Of a DNA stretch of 64,000 nt, positions 28,423-38,752 are shown piece by piece; positions within the stretch are counted from its first letter, which is position 1, and every line of letters starts with the position of its first letter. The notes under the pieces were generated by a model that was given only the letters and a program-made list of their open reading frames with translations, was not told where the DNA came from and made no database searches. The stretch comes from Miltoncostaeaceae bacterium (GTDB lineage: Bacteria > Actinomycetota > Thermoleophilia > Miltoncostaeales > Miltoncostaeaceae). The stretch lies in contig JAVJSF010000013.1 of the NCBI GenBank assembly GCA_040219555.1, positions 55,507-119,506 on the forward strand. The letters run 5' to 3'. The position numbers were made by a program, and so were the translations under genes.

Positions 28423-29759
28423 TCGCCCCGGGCCGGCCACGGCCCGGGAGGGCTCAGGCCGGACAGGCTCTGCCCCTCCTGATGGGCGTCGTGGTCCTGC
28501 TCATCGCGGCCGCGGGCGTGGTGTTCGCCATCGGCCACGTGCACCTGGCCGCCGCACGGGCGCAGACCTCGGCCGACCTGGCGGCCCTGGCGGCGGCGCG
28601 CGAACTGCGCGACCGCCTGGGGAGCCTCGCCATCACGGACGATCCGCGGGGAGCCGCCCGGTCCGCGCTGCTGGCCGACCTCACCACCACGGCCACGGTC
28701 GTCGCGGGGCCCGCCGCCGGCCGGGTCGTGGCGGTGCGCCTGGTGGGGGAGGGGTGGCCCCCCACGGCGGTCGAGGTCACGGTCGCCCACCGGGGTCCGG
28801 GTGGACGACCCGTCCGCGCGGTGGCGCGCGCAGGCCTGGTGGCCGGCGCGCCGGGGCCCGACGGGCGCACCGGGTGGGCCCGTGGCGGGGGGTACGCCGG
28901 GCCGCTGGTCTACCGCGACGGCAAGCCCATGTGCCCGGCGGTGGCGGCCGCCTTCGACCTGATGGATGCGTCGGCGAACGCCGTGGGCGTCGAGCTGTTC
29001 GTCAACAGCGGGTTCCGCAGCGACGCCGAGCAGGCGATCCTGTTCGCCCGGCACCCCGACCCGCGCTGGGTTGCCCCGCCGGGGCGCAGCCGCCACCGGG
29101 ACGCCACCGAGCTGGACATCAACATGGGCGACGGCGGGCGTGCGCACGCCTGGCTGCGCGAGCACGGCGGGCGCTTCGGCTTCGTCCAGCGCTACTCGTG
29201 GGAGCCGTGGCACTGGGGCTATCTGCCCGGGTGCGGCGCCGTCGCGCCGGGGGCCACCGGCCCGGCGCGCCCCGCCGCCGCTCCGTCCGCGGCGGCGGGG
29301 CTGCCCTCCTGGGTGCCGATGCCGTTCCGCGCCACCATCGCGCGCTCGGCGCTGGCCAACGGACTCCAGCCGGTGCTCCTGGCCGCACTGCTGCGGGCCG
29401 AGTCGGGCTTCCGGCCGGATGCGGTCAGCCACATGGGTGCCCAGGGGATCGCACAGTTCATGCCCGAGACCGCGCGAGGGATGGGTCTGGCCGATCCCTT
29501 CGATCCGGACCATGCCATCCCCGCCGCGGCGCGCCTGCTGGGCGGGCACGTGCGCACCTTCGGCTCGGTGCCGATGGCGCTGGCGGCCTACAACGCCGGC
29601 CCGGGCGCGGTGCGCCAGTACGGCGGGGTGCCGCCCTATGCGGAGACCCAGGGCTACGTGGCGACCGTCATGGCCCTGGCAGGCGGCGCAGGTGCCCTCG
29701 GCGCGGGTCCCGGGGGCGACGGGGTGGCACTGATGCGCGTCGACGGGCGGTACGTCTGA
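28419..29759 (+). CDS. TadG-like N-terminal anchor fused to M15 (VanY-like) peptidase and SLT lytic transglycosylase domains
   Basis: GTG 28419 (GTGA overlap). GQALPLLMGVVVLLIAAAGVVF...RAQTSADLAALAAAREL (Tad/TadG-like). SGFRSDAEQ, SRHRDATELDI and EPWHWGY (M15B metal ligands). ESGFRPDAVSHMGAQGIAQFMPETA and AAYNAGPGAV (SLT). Confidence 0.8.
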   Translation: MIAPGRPRPGRAQAGQALPLLMGVVVLLIAAAGVVFAIGHVHLAAARAQTSADLAALAAARELRDRLGSLAITDDPRGAARSALLADLTTTATVVAGPAAGRVVAVRLVGEGWPPTAVEVTVAHRGPGGRPVRAVARAGLVAGAPGPDGRTGWARGGGYAGPLVYRDGKPMCPAVAAAFDLMDASANAVGVELFVNSGFRSDAEQAILFARHPDPRWVAPPGRSRHRDATELDINMGDGGRAHAWLREHGGRFGFVQRYSWEPWHWGYLPGCGAVAPGATGPARPAAAPSAAAGLPSWVPMPFRATIARSALANGLQPVLLAALLRAESGFRPDAVSHMGAQGIAQFMPETARGMGLADPFDPDHAIPAAARLLGGHVRTFGSVPMALAAYNAGPGAVRQYGGVPPYAETQGYVATVMALAGGAGALGAGPGGDGVALMRVDGRYV

Positions 29760-29795
29760 CCGCCGCAGTCCACGCGGCGGCGACGTGGGCCAGGC

Positions 29796-30911
29796 CTACA
29801 AGGCGATCGCCGAAGCCAGGCCGGCGCCCCGATGGGGCGAGGCCGTCGCGCCGGCCACCACGCAACGGTCGCGACCGAGGTCCTTGGCCGAGTACAGGGC
29901 CCGGTCGGCGGCGCGCAGCAGGCTCTCGGCATCCGTCCCGGCATCGGGGTGGATGGCGAGCCCCACGCTCATCGTCACGTCGAGGCCGTGCGCCGAGACG
30001 GCATCGTGGACCGCCCGCCGTGCGCGCTCGGCGGCCGCGATCCCGCCACCCAGGTCGGTGCGGGGAAGGACGAGGGCGAACTCCTCACCGCCCAGGCGGG
30101 CGACGAGGTCGCCGGTGCGACGCTGCTCGCCGAGGGCTCCGACCACGGCCTTGAGCACCTCGTCGCCCTCGTCGTGGCCGTGGGTGTCGTTGATCGTCTT
30201 GAAGTGATCGATGTCGCACAGCAGGAGCGCCAGCGGTTCCCCGGTGCGACGGGTCCGACCGAGTTCGTCGGCCAGGCCCTCGTGGTAGGCGCGCCGGTTG
30301 GCCGCTCCGGTCAGGGGGTCGGTCCTGGCCGCCTCCGCCAGCGCCGCCGACACCCCGTCTGCGACGGAATGGATCCGGGAGATCACGGCGCCCGCCGTCG
30401 CCAGGGTGATCGTGAGGATGAGCCAGTCGGTGACGCCGGACTCGGTGGGCTTCAGTATCAGCAGCGCACCGAAGCAGGCCGCGGCGAACGCGACGTGCAG
30501 GCCCGCCGCCCACGGCCTGAAGAAGACCGCGGCGTAGAGCATCGCCAGCACGTACGTGTAGGCGAACCCGGTGTGCGTCGCACCCTGTGCATCGATCCCG
30601 AGCGTGATGAGCACGGTCCCCCCCGCCACCAGGAGGTTCTGGGCGACCACCCCGGGCCGAGGGCCCATCGCGACGCCCACGGCCACCGCGGCGCAGATGC
30701 CGCCCTGCAGCAGGATCCGCGCCTGGTCGAGGCTCGGGTCGTGCGGCAGCAGCACGATGAGGAGGGCCATCAGGGCTCCCGCGCCGTAGAAACCGGCGAG
30801 GGCGCGGGTCGCGCCCGACCAGTCCGCGATCTGCGGGCCGCGGCGCGGCGTGGTGACACCCCCCGATGCCCGCCGGGCGGTGGAGGTGACATCTGCGGGG
30901 GGCGTCGGCAT
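29796..30911 (-). CDS. Membrane-bound diguanylate cyclase (multi-TM sensor plus GGDEF)
   Basis: About 5-6 TM helices, then TDPLTGAANRRAY, DIDHFKTINDTHGHDEGD, RLGGEEFALVL. Confidence 0.85.
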   Translation of the reverse strand: MPTPPADVTSTARRASGGVTTPRRGPQIADWSGATRALAGFYGAGALMALLIVLLPHDPSLDQARILLQGGICAAVAVGVAMGPRPGVVAQNLLVAGGTVLITLGIDAQGATHTGFAYTYVLAMLYAAVFFRPWAAGLHVAFAAACFGALLILKPTESGVTDWLILTITLATAGAVISRIHSVADGVSAALAEAARTDPLTGAANRRAYHEGLADELGRTRRTGEPLALLLCDIDHFKTINDTHGHDEGDEVLKAVVGALGEQRRTGDLVARLGGEEFALVLPRTDLGGGIAAAERARRAVHDAVSAHGLDVTMSVGLAIHPDAGTDAESLLRAADRALYSAKDLGRDRCVVAGATASPHRGAGLASAIAL

Positions 30912-30967
30912 CTACACGGGTGATCGGCGGCCCCGACCGGGAGTTGAGGCCGGATCCCGTGCGCCGA

Positions 30968-32962
30968 TCAGGGTGCCGGCGTCTCCAGCAGTAGCGCCCA
31001 CGTGGCCGGCCCGGCGACGCCGTCCGGGCGCGCCCCGCGGTCCAACTGGAACGCGGCCACGGCGGCCCGGGTGCGCGGGCCGTAGTGGCCGTCGCGCCGC
31101 ACCGGGTAACCCCAGGCCACCAGACGCTCCTGGAGCACCAGGCTGGGGTCGCCGCGCTTGCCCGGCCTCAGCACCGGGTACTCGCGCGGCGCGACCGCGG
31201 GTGTGGCGCACGCCCGCTCGCTGCTGAGCGCCCTGGTCTGCTGCGCCCGGGTGTGCTGCAGGCTCCAGTAGCTGACGCCGAACCAGCCCAGGCCGGCCGC
31301 CAGGCAGCGGAACCGGCGCAGGTCCGCCACCCGCTCGCGCGAGTACGTCCCGGCGGTGGGTGCGACGGGCACCCCGTAGAGGGTGTGCCAGCTGGCGGTG
31401 CGCGCCATCGCCGTCGCCACGGGCACGCGGAAGGCGCCCCAGTAGACCTGGGGGAGCACGGCGTCGGCGGCGTCGGGCCCGTGCAGGAAGGCCGAGTACG
31501 GGAAGCGCGGATGGCCGTCGATGTAGGCGAACGAGCTGAGCCCCACCGGGACGCGGTGACCGACGAGGCGCCGCAGCACCCGCATGTAGGCGCGGGCCCT
31601 GCGGTGCGCGGCCGAGGCGCGCCCGACGCCCATGCGCTCGAACTCCGCCTCGGCGTTGACGATGAAGCACTCGGCGCCCCCACGCACGGCCCGCGCGGCC
31701 ACGCGCGCCTCCTCCACCGGCCGGCGCCCGTAGATGTACTGCCAGCCGCACACGCGCAGGCCGGCGTCTCGCAGGGGTCCGATGGCGGCGTCGAACTGGC
31801 GCCAGTGGTTCACGCCGTCGCCCGACTTCAGGTAGACGGTGTCGATGCCGAGCGCCCGGGCGCGCCGGATGATCCCCTCGGGGCCGCCGACCTTGGGCGC
31901 CTCCCACACCCAGATCGCCACGCCCTCAAGCGGCGAATCGGCGACGCGCCCGGGGCCGGCCGCGGCCGCCACCGGCGACAGGCGCGCCGGACACGTGGCC
32001 GCCAGCCCCCAGACCTCCCGCAGCGCCGCGTCCAGGCGCGGGCATCCCGGGCCCCCCACGTCGCCGGCCCATCGCCAGGTCCCGTCGGCCCGTCGCAGGA
32101 AGCGCTCCGGCTCCGCCGCCCCGGGGAAGAGGGCGATGGCGTGGCCCACGCCATCGAGCTCCGCCGCCTGGACGGTGCCCTCGCGCGGAGAGACCCGCGC
32201 GCCGGCCCGAGCCCCGCGCCCGAAGACGCGCGCGTCGGCGAGGGTCTCGCCGAGCGCCGCGTCCACGGGCAGGGGCGTCGCCGGCCCGGGCGCCGCCGCC
32301 AGCGCCGCCGCCCGGTCGGCCACGGCGCCGGCCAGCGTCCGCACCTCGGCCGCGTCCGCGCCCGGTTCCCCGGCGGCGGCCCGGCCGGCCGCCGGCCCGG
32401 CCTCCACCCCGTGGAGCCAGGGCCCGGCGGCCACCAGCGCCACCGCGCGGGCCGCCCCGCTCCTCGGCGTCACCGTCACCAGCCGGATCGTCGCGGCGCC
32501 CCTCACGCCGGTGCGCGCCGTGCGTGCCCCGGCGGGCGCCCCGGCCGCCACCGCCCGGGCCAGCGCGTCGCGCAGGCCCGCGGCGTCGCCGGCCGTTCGC
32601 AGCCGCACCGCCCACGAACGCAGCCCGCCGCGCCCCTCCGCCGGTCCGAAGAGCCGCTCCGAGCCACCGATGAACCCCGCCGACCGGGCGGCGCGCAGCG
32701 CCCGCCGGCCCGCCGGTCCCGCGGGGGACACCACGGGGCCGAGCAGCGCCTCGGCACCGGCCAGCTCGCGCTGGACGGCCACGGGACGCCCCGACGCCTC
32801 GACCGGGTCGACCAGTCGCTCGGGCGCCACCGCCGGCACGGCGCCGGCCGGCGCCGTGCCGGCCAGGAAGGCCCCCGCGACCAGGGCCGCCACGATGCCC
32901 CCCCGGCCCGCTCCCGCCGACCCCGCCGTCCGCGCCGCCCGCCGTCCGCTCATCGTCCCCAC
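30968..32962 (-). CDS. Secreted protein with a TIM-barrel glycoside-hydrolase-like central domain and a C-terminal peptidoglycan-binding domain
   Basis: Signal-like N-terminus. Central IDTVYLKSGDG...CGWQYIYG...FIVNAEAEFE region. C-terminal PG_binding_1-like LQERLVAWGYPVRRDGHYGPRTRAAVAAFQ...DGVAGPATW. GGAGGA lies 7 nt before GTG 32962. Confidence 0.65.
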   Translation of the reverse strand: MGTMSGRRAARTAGSAGAGRGGIVAALVAGAFLAGTAPAGAVPAVAPERLVDPVEASGRPVAVQRELAGAEALLGPVVSPAGPAGRRALRAARSAGFIGGSERLFGPAEGRGGLRSWAVRLRTAGDAAGLRDALARAVAAGAPAGARTARTGVRGAATIRLVTVTPRSGAARAVALVAAGPWLHGVEAGPAAGRAAAGEPGADAAEVRTLAGAVADRAAALAAAPGPATPLPVDAALGETLADARVFGRGARAGARVSPREGTVQAAELDGVGHAIALFPGAAEPERFLRRADGTWRWAGDVGGPGCPRLDAALREVWGLAATCPARLSPVAAAAGPGRVADSPLEGVAIWVWEAPKVGGPEGIIRRARALGIDTVYLKSGDGVNHWRQFDAAIGPLRDAGLRVCGWQYIYGRRPVEEARVAARAVRGGAECFIVNAEAEFERMGVGRASAAHRRARAYMRVLRRLVGHRVPVGLSSFAYIDGHPRFPYSAFLHGPDAADAVLPQVYWGAFRVPVATAMARTASWHTLYGVPVAPTAGTYSRERVADLRRFRCLAAGLGWFGVSYWSLQHTRAQQTRALSSERACATPAVAPREYPVLRPGKRGDPSLVLQERLVAWGYPVRRDGHYGPRTRAAVAAFQLDRGARPDGVAGPATWALLLETPAP

Positions 32963-33032
32963 CAGCGCATCCTCCGGTCCGTGTCCGCCCGGCGTGCGCC
33001 GGCCCGCGGCGTCCCGGTTCTGGGGGTGCTCC

Positions 33033-33038
33033 TATACT
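33033..33038 (+). promoter_or_regulatory. -10-like TATACT 7 nt upstream of the uvrC ATG
   Basis: TANNNT with no SD sequence. Confidence 0.45.
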
Positions 33039-33045
33039 CGACCGG

Positions 33046-34983
33046 ATGTCCCGCGCGCTGCGAGAACAGCTGGCCGGCCTGCCGATGTCGCCCGGCGTCT
33101 ACATCTACCGCGATGCCTCCGAGCGCGTGCTCTATGTCGGCAAGGCGAAGGCCCTGCGCAAGCGCGTGCTGTCGTACTTCCAGGCGCCGCTGCGGCCCGA
33201 GGCCGGCCCGGACGCCCCGCTGCGTCCCAAGGTGGGCTCGCACGCCAAGGTGGCCGAGATGGTCGAGCGCATCGCGGCCATGGAGGTGGTGGTCACGGGC
33301 GGCGAGAGCGAGGCGCTCATCCTCGAGGCCAACCTGGTTCGCCGGCACCGGCCGCCGTTCAACGTGCGGCTGCGCGACGACAAGAGCTACCCCTACATCG
33401 GGATCAGCCTCGACGAGGAGTACCCGCGCGTCTATTTCACGCGCGAGAAGCACCGCCGCGACCGCGCCTACTTCGGGCCGTTCTCCAACGCCTACAAGGT
33501 GCGCGACACCCTCGGCGTCATCAACCGCATCTTCCCCAGCCGCCCCTGCGAGGGACGCGAGCCCGGCCGCCCCTCCGGGGTCCCGTGCCTGGATTACCAC
33601 ATCAAGCGCTGCCTGGCGCCCTGCGTGGGCTACATCTCCCGCGAGGACTACCGGGCTCTGATCGACCAGATCATCGCGTTCCTCTCGGGGCGCTACCGCG
33701 GCCTGGAGCGCGAGCTGGAGGCCGAGATGCGCTCGGCCGCCGCGGCCCAGGAGTTCGAGCGGGCCGCCGGCCTGCGCAACCGGCTCGAGGCCGTACGCCA
33801 CCTGATGGAGCGCCAGCTGGCCACGACCGACACGGTGGGGACCGCCGACATCATCGGGCTCGCGGTCGGCGACGGGGCCGCCAGCGTGCAGGTGCTCCAG
33901 GTGCGCGACGGGGTGCTGCAGGATCGCCAGTCGTTCTTTCTCGATGTCGGCGGCGCCGAGGAGCCGTCGGATGTGGTGGAGCAGTTCGCCTACGAGTACT
34001 ACGGCATGGGCATGGCGATTCCCCCGCTGGTGGTGGTGGGGCATGACATCGACGGCGCCCAGGCCCTGGGGGACCTGCTGACCGACCGCCGTGGCAGCGC
34101 GGTGGAGGTGCGTGCCGCGGCGCGCGGGGACAAGCGCCGGCTGGCCGACATGGCCCGCCGCAACGCCGACTTCGCTCTCGAACAGGACCGCCGCCGCCAC
34201 GAGGCCCAGCGCGGCCGGCGACGCGAGGCGCTCACCGAACTGGCCGACGCGCTCGCCCTGCCGGCGCCGCCGCTGCGGATCGAGTGCTACGACGTCTCGA
34301 ACCTGGGCGAGACCTATGCGGTGGCGTCGATGGTGGTCTTCGAGCGCGGTGCGCCGGCCAAGGCGCACTACCGCTCGTTCTCGATGCGCTACGACGGCGG
34401 CCCCGACGACTTCGCGCGCATGGAGGAGGCCATCACCCGCCGCTTCACCCGCCTCGCGTCCGGCGCCGAGGACGATCCCTCGTTCACTGCCCGCCCCGGC
34501 CTGGTGGTGATCGACGGCGGCAAGGGGCAGCTGGGCGCCGCGCTGGCCGGCATGGCCGCGGCCGGGGTGGAGGGGGTCCCCGTGATCGGCCTCGCCAAGC
34601 AGCGCGAGGAGGTCTTCCTGCCAGGTCGCCGCGACCCCGTGCTGCTGCCCGAGCGATCGGCCGCTCTGCGCACCCTGCAGCAGATCCGCGACGAGGCCCA
34701 CCGCTTCGCCCTGCGCCACCATCGCGGCCGGCGGGGGCGCGGCATGACCGAGAGCGTGCTGGACGCGCTGCCGGGGGTGGGCCCGGCGCGCAAGGGTGCC
34801 ATCCTGCGCCACTTCGGCTCGGCGGAGCGCATGATGGCGGCGACCCGCGACGAGCTGACGGCCGTGCCCGGGCTCCCGGACCGGGTGGCCCGGAGCATCT
34901 ATGACCACCTCCACCGCACCGGCGAGGCACCCGGGCCGGCGTCGCTGGCCGGCGGAGGCAACGGGGAGGACCGGTGGAGCTGA
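33046..34983 (+). CDS. uvrC: Excinuclease ABC subunit C
   Basis: GIY-YIG N-terminus (PGVYIYRD...VLYVGKAKALRKRV), UVR domain (EFERAAGLRNRLEAV), endonuclease V-like domain and HhH C-terminus. Confidence 0.95.
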   Translation: MSRALREQLAGLPMSPGVYIYRDASERVLYVGKAKALRKRVLSYFQAPLRPEAGPDAPLRPKVGSHAKVAEMVERIAAMEVVVTGGESEALILEANLVRRHRPPFNVRLRDDKSYPYIGISLDEEYPRVYFTREKHRRDRAYFGPFSNAYKVRDTLGVINRIFPSRPCEGREPGRPSGVPCLDYHIKRCLAPCVGYISREDYRALIDQIIAFLSGRYRGLERELEAEMRSAAAAQEFERAAGLRNRLEAVRHLMERQLATTDTVGTADIIGLAVGDGAASVQVLQVRDGVLQDRQSFFLDVGGAEEPSDVVEQFAYEYYGMGMAIPPLVVVGHDIDGAQALGDLLTDRRGSAVEVRAAARGDKRRLADMARRNADFALEQDRRRHEAQRGRRREALTELADALALPAPPLRIECYDVSNLGETYAVASMVVFERGAPAKAHYRSFSMRYDGGPDDFARMEEAITRRFTRLASGAEDDPSFTARPGLVVIDGGKGQLGAALAGMAAAGVEGVPVIGLAKQREEVFLPGRRDPVLLPERSAALRTLQQIRDEAHRFALRHHRGRRGRGMTESVLDALPGVGPARKGAILRHFGSAERMMAATRDELTAVPGLPDRVARSIYDHLHRTGEAPGPASLAGGGNGEDRWS

Positions 34984-35858
34984 CCGTCATCACCGGCATG
35001 AGCGGTGCCGGTAAGAGCTATGCCATGGGCGCCTTCGAGGACGCCGGCTGGTTCTGCGTGGACAACCTGCCGCCCGGCCTGCTGCCGGCGCTGGCCGAGC
35101 TCTTCCTGCTGGAGGGCTCGCGGGTGAGCAAGGCCGCCGTGGTGTGCGATGTCCGGGGCGGGGTCTGGTTCAAGGACCTCGAGCGGGTGCTGGACCGGGT
35201 GGCCTCGGTGGGGGTGCGCCCGCGCATGGTCTTCCTCGAGGCCTCCGACGAGGCGCTGATCAACCGCTTCCGCGAGACCCGCCGGCCCCATCCGCTGGGC
35301 GACGGGCACGGGGTGCTGGCGGGCATCACCCGCGAGCGGCGCGAACTGGAGGACGTGCGCCAGAGGGCGGACGTGGTCATCGACACCTCGGCCCTCACGG
35401 TGTGGGACCTGCGCCGGCGCATCACCGAGACCCTCATCGAGCGCGACGACCGCCCCCGGCTGCAGGTGCAGTTCGTCTCGTTCGGGTACAAGCACGGGGT
35501 CCCGCGCGAGGCCGACCTGCTGTTCGACGTCCGCTTCCTCCAGAACCCGCACTACGTGCCCGGCCTGCGCTCGCTGACCGGCCTGGACACCCCCGTGGCC
35601 GACTTCGTGGCCTCCGCGCCCGGGATGAACGAGTTCCGCGCGCGGCTGGAGTCGCTGCTGGACTTCCTGCTGCCGGCCTACCGCGACGAGGGCAAGACCG
35701 GCCTGGTCGTCGGCATCGGGTGCACCGGCGGCCGCCACCGCAGCGTGGCCATCGCCGAGATGCTGGCCGCCCGCTACGCCGACCGCGGGTTCGACGTCAG
35801 CACCGCCCACCGCCATCTCGGGCGCCCCACCGGTCCGCCGCCCGAGGCGGCCGCGTGA
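34974..35858 (+). CDS. rapZ: RNase adapter protein RapZ (YvcJ family P-loop NTPase)
   Basis: GTG 34974 after GGGGAGGA. ITGMSGAGKSYAMGAFEDAGWFCVDNLP, FDVRFLQNPHY, IGCTGGRHRSVA. Confidence 0.92.
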   Translation: MELTVITGMSGAGKSYAMGAFEDAGWFCVDNLPPGLLPALAELFLLEGSRVSKAAVVCDVRGGVWFKDLERVLDRVASVGVRPRMVFLEASDEALINRFRETRRPHPLGDGHGVLAGITRERRELEDVRQRADVVIDTSALTVWDLRRRITETLIERDDRPRLQVQFVSFGYKHGVPREADLLFDVRFLQNPHYVPGLRSLTGLDTPVADFVASAPGMNEFRARLESLLDFLLPAYRDEGKTGLVVGIGCTGGRHRSVAIAEMLAARYADRGFDVSTAHRHLGRPTGPPPEAAA

Positions 35859-36820
35859 CCCGGGCCGCCACCCGTCGCGCCCACATCGCCGCGCTGGGCG
35901 GCGGCACCGGACTGGCGGCGCTGCTGCGCGGCCTCAAACGCGGCCCGCTGGACATCACGGCCATCGTGACCGTGGCCGACGACGGGGGCTCCTCGGGCCG
36001 GCTGCGACGGGACCTCGGCATCCTGCCGCCCGGGGACATCCGCAACTGCCTGGTGGCGCTGGCCGACGACGAGTCGCTGATGGGCCGGCTGTTCCAGCAC
36101 CGGTTCGCGGACGGCGATCTCTCGGGCCACCCCTTCGGCAACCTGTTCCTGGCCGCGCTGGCCGAGGTCACCGGCGGGTTCGACCTGGCCATCCAGGAGT
36201 GCAGCCACGTGCTGAAGATCCGCGGCGAGGTGCTCCCCTCCACGCTCGACTCCATCCGGCTGTGGGCCGAGCGCGCCGACGGCCGGGCGGTGTGCGGCGA
36301 GACACGTATCGCCGAGGGCGACGGGCCCTGCCGGCGCGTCTGGCTGGAGCCCGAGCCGGTGGCCCACCCGCCGGCGCTGGCGGCCATCGAACGGGCCGAC
36401 CTGGTGCTGCTGGGGCCGGGGAGCCTCTTCACCAGCGTCCTGCCCCACCTGGCGGTGCCCGCCATCGCCCGGGCGCTGGCCGACACCGACGCCCTGCGGG
36501 TCTACGTCTGCAACGTCATGACCCAGCCGGGCGAGACCGACGGCTTCGACGCGGCCGACCACCTGGACCGGGTGCTCGAGACGGCCCCGGGGTGCGTGGA
36601 CGTGGTGGTCGTCCACGACGGCCCGCTCGACCCCGCCGCCGCCTCGCTGTACGCCGCCGAGGGCCAGGAGCCCGTGCCGCCGGTCATCGCGCGGTTGCGC
36701 CGGCGCGGGGTCCGGGTGGTGGCGGGGGACCTGGCCGAGGCCGACAGCCTGGTCCGTCACGCCCCGGAGGCCCTTGCGCCCGTGCTGATGGGGCTCGCCC
36801 GGGACGCGATCACGCGCTGA
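35855..36820 (+). CDS. yvcK: YvcK/CuvA-family gluconeogenesis factor (CofD-like, UPF0052)
   Basis: GTG 35855 (GTGA overlap with rapZ). ALGGGTGLAALLRGLK, IVTVADDGGSSGRLR, PPGDIRNCLVALA, GHPFGNLFLAAL. Confidence 0.9.
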   Translation: MTRAATRRAHIAALGGGTGLAALLRGLKRGPLDITAIVTVADDGGSSGRLRRDLGILPPGDIRNCLVALADDESLMGRLFQHRFADGDLSGHPFGNLFLAALAEVTGGFDLAIQECSHVLKIRGEVLPSTLDSIRLWAERADGRAVCGETRIAEGDGPCRRVWLEPEPVAHPPALAAIERADLVLLGPGSLFTSVLPHLAVPAIARALADTDALRVYVCNVMTQPGETDGFDAADHLDRVLETAPGCVDVVVVHDGPLDPAAASLYAAEGQEPVPPVIARLRRRGVRVVAGDLAEADSLVRHAPEALAPVLMGLARDAITR

Positions 36821-36875
36821 GCGGCGCCCCGGGGTCCGCGCGGAACACGCGCGGGAGATCTCGAGAATGCAACGG

Positions 36876-36905
36876 TTGCCACGAGCCCGTCGCGGTGCAT
36901 AGACT
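36876..36905 (+). promoter_or_regulatory. Candidate sigma-A-type promoter TTGCCA-N18-TAGACT upstream of the membrane protein gene
   Basis: Read in the AT-richer spacer after yvcK. It predicts a 5' leader of about 90 nt ending in AAGGAG 10 nt before ATG 37003. Confidence 0.4.
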
Positions 36906-37002
36906 GGCCCCGCGTCGGGGGAGACCCCGCCGTCCGTCCGCCACCTTTTCTTTCTCATCCGGCGGTACGGGTCCCGCACTCATCACAAGGAGCACAGTCG
37001 CA

Positions 37003-37584
37003 ATGGGCGCACGTGCAAAGGCGATCATGCCGCTGGCGATCGTCGTCGGAGTCCTCTCGTTCCTCTGGAGCGAGTTCGCTCTGAACTTCACCTTCCACTG
37101 GGCCGCCGATGCTGAGCTGGTCCCGGGCAACTTCCACTTTGTCATCTGGGCCGCCTTCATCGCCGCCGGTCTGTTCTTCGCCGCCGGTGGTGACAACGCC
37201 GCCGCCACCAAGATCATCGTGGCGTCGATCTTCGGTACCGTCGCTGCTCTGATCACCATGGCCGTCGCGCCTGAGATCGCCGCCGTGCCGGACTTCTGGG
37301 GCATCGCCCTCATGGTCGGCATCATGGCCTTCGTCCTCGTGATGGTCCTGGTCGCCGGCGACTGGTACTACGTCGCCGGTACGTTCCCGGCCTTCGCCGC
37401 GACGTTCGCGCAGTGGCAGGTCACGGGCCTGGACAACTGGGTCCCCGAGGGTGCTTCGCAGCCCTACGGCTGGGTCTTCCTGAGCGTCCTCGCCAGCATG
37501 GTCGCCGGTGTCATCTTCCTCGGCCTCCTGGCCGCGAAGATCACCGCCGCCATCACCCCGAAGCCGGCTGCCGCCGAGGCCTGA
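37003..37584 (+). CDS. Hypothetical polytopic membrane protein (about 6 TM), family not recognised
   Basis: Strong SD AAGGAG. 193 aa, very hydrophobic. Noticeably more T-ending codons (gct, ggt, ttt) than its neighbours. Confidence 0.7.
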   Translation: MGARAKAIMPLAIVVGVLSFLWSEFALNFTFHWAADAELVPGNFHFVIWAAFIAAGLFFAAGGDNAAATKIIVASIFGTVAALITMAVAPEIAAVPDFWGIALMVGIMAFVLVMVLVAGDWYYVAGTFPAFAATFAQWQVTGLDNWVPEGASQPYGWVFLSVLASMVAGVIFLGLLAAKITAAITPKPAAAEA

Positions 37585-37618
37585 TCCTCAGCACAGCGGT
37601 TCCGCGGTAACGCGGCGT

Positions 37619-37642
37619 GCGGGGGCCCTCCGGGGCCCCCGC
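37619..37642 (+). terminator. Hairpin GCGGGGGCCC-TCCG-GGGCCCCCGC downstream of the membrane protein gene
   Basis: Perfect 10-bp stem with a 4-nt loop, followed by a weak T-containing tract (CGTCGTTCGT). Confidence 0.5.
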
Positions 37643-37701
37643 CGTCGTTCGTGGCCGGATACGGCGGGCCGGCGCGCTCACCCGGGCGAGCCCCTTGGTA
37701 G

Positions 37702-38742
<1,041 letters not shown>

Positions 38743-38752
38743 GCGGGGCCGG

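Noticed and set aside
36855-36865. GAGATCTCGAG, with adjacent BglII and XhoI sites, considered as a possible engineered polylinker scar
   Set aside because: It is an isolated 11-mer in a natural-looking AT-richer intergenic spacer with no vector-like flanks. It is more likely a chance palindrome or a small operator upstream of the -35 box.
36912-37002. Possible known riboswitch (guanidine-II/III, preQ1, TPP, fluoride) in the leader of the membrane protein gene
   Set aside because: There is only a single ACGG. I could find no conserved cores such as CUGAGA or ACCUGA, and no tandem ACGR hairpins. It is kept only as an unclassified structured leader within the whiA-gap finding.
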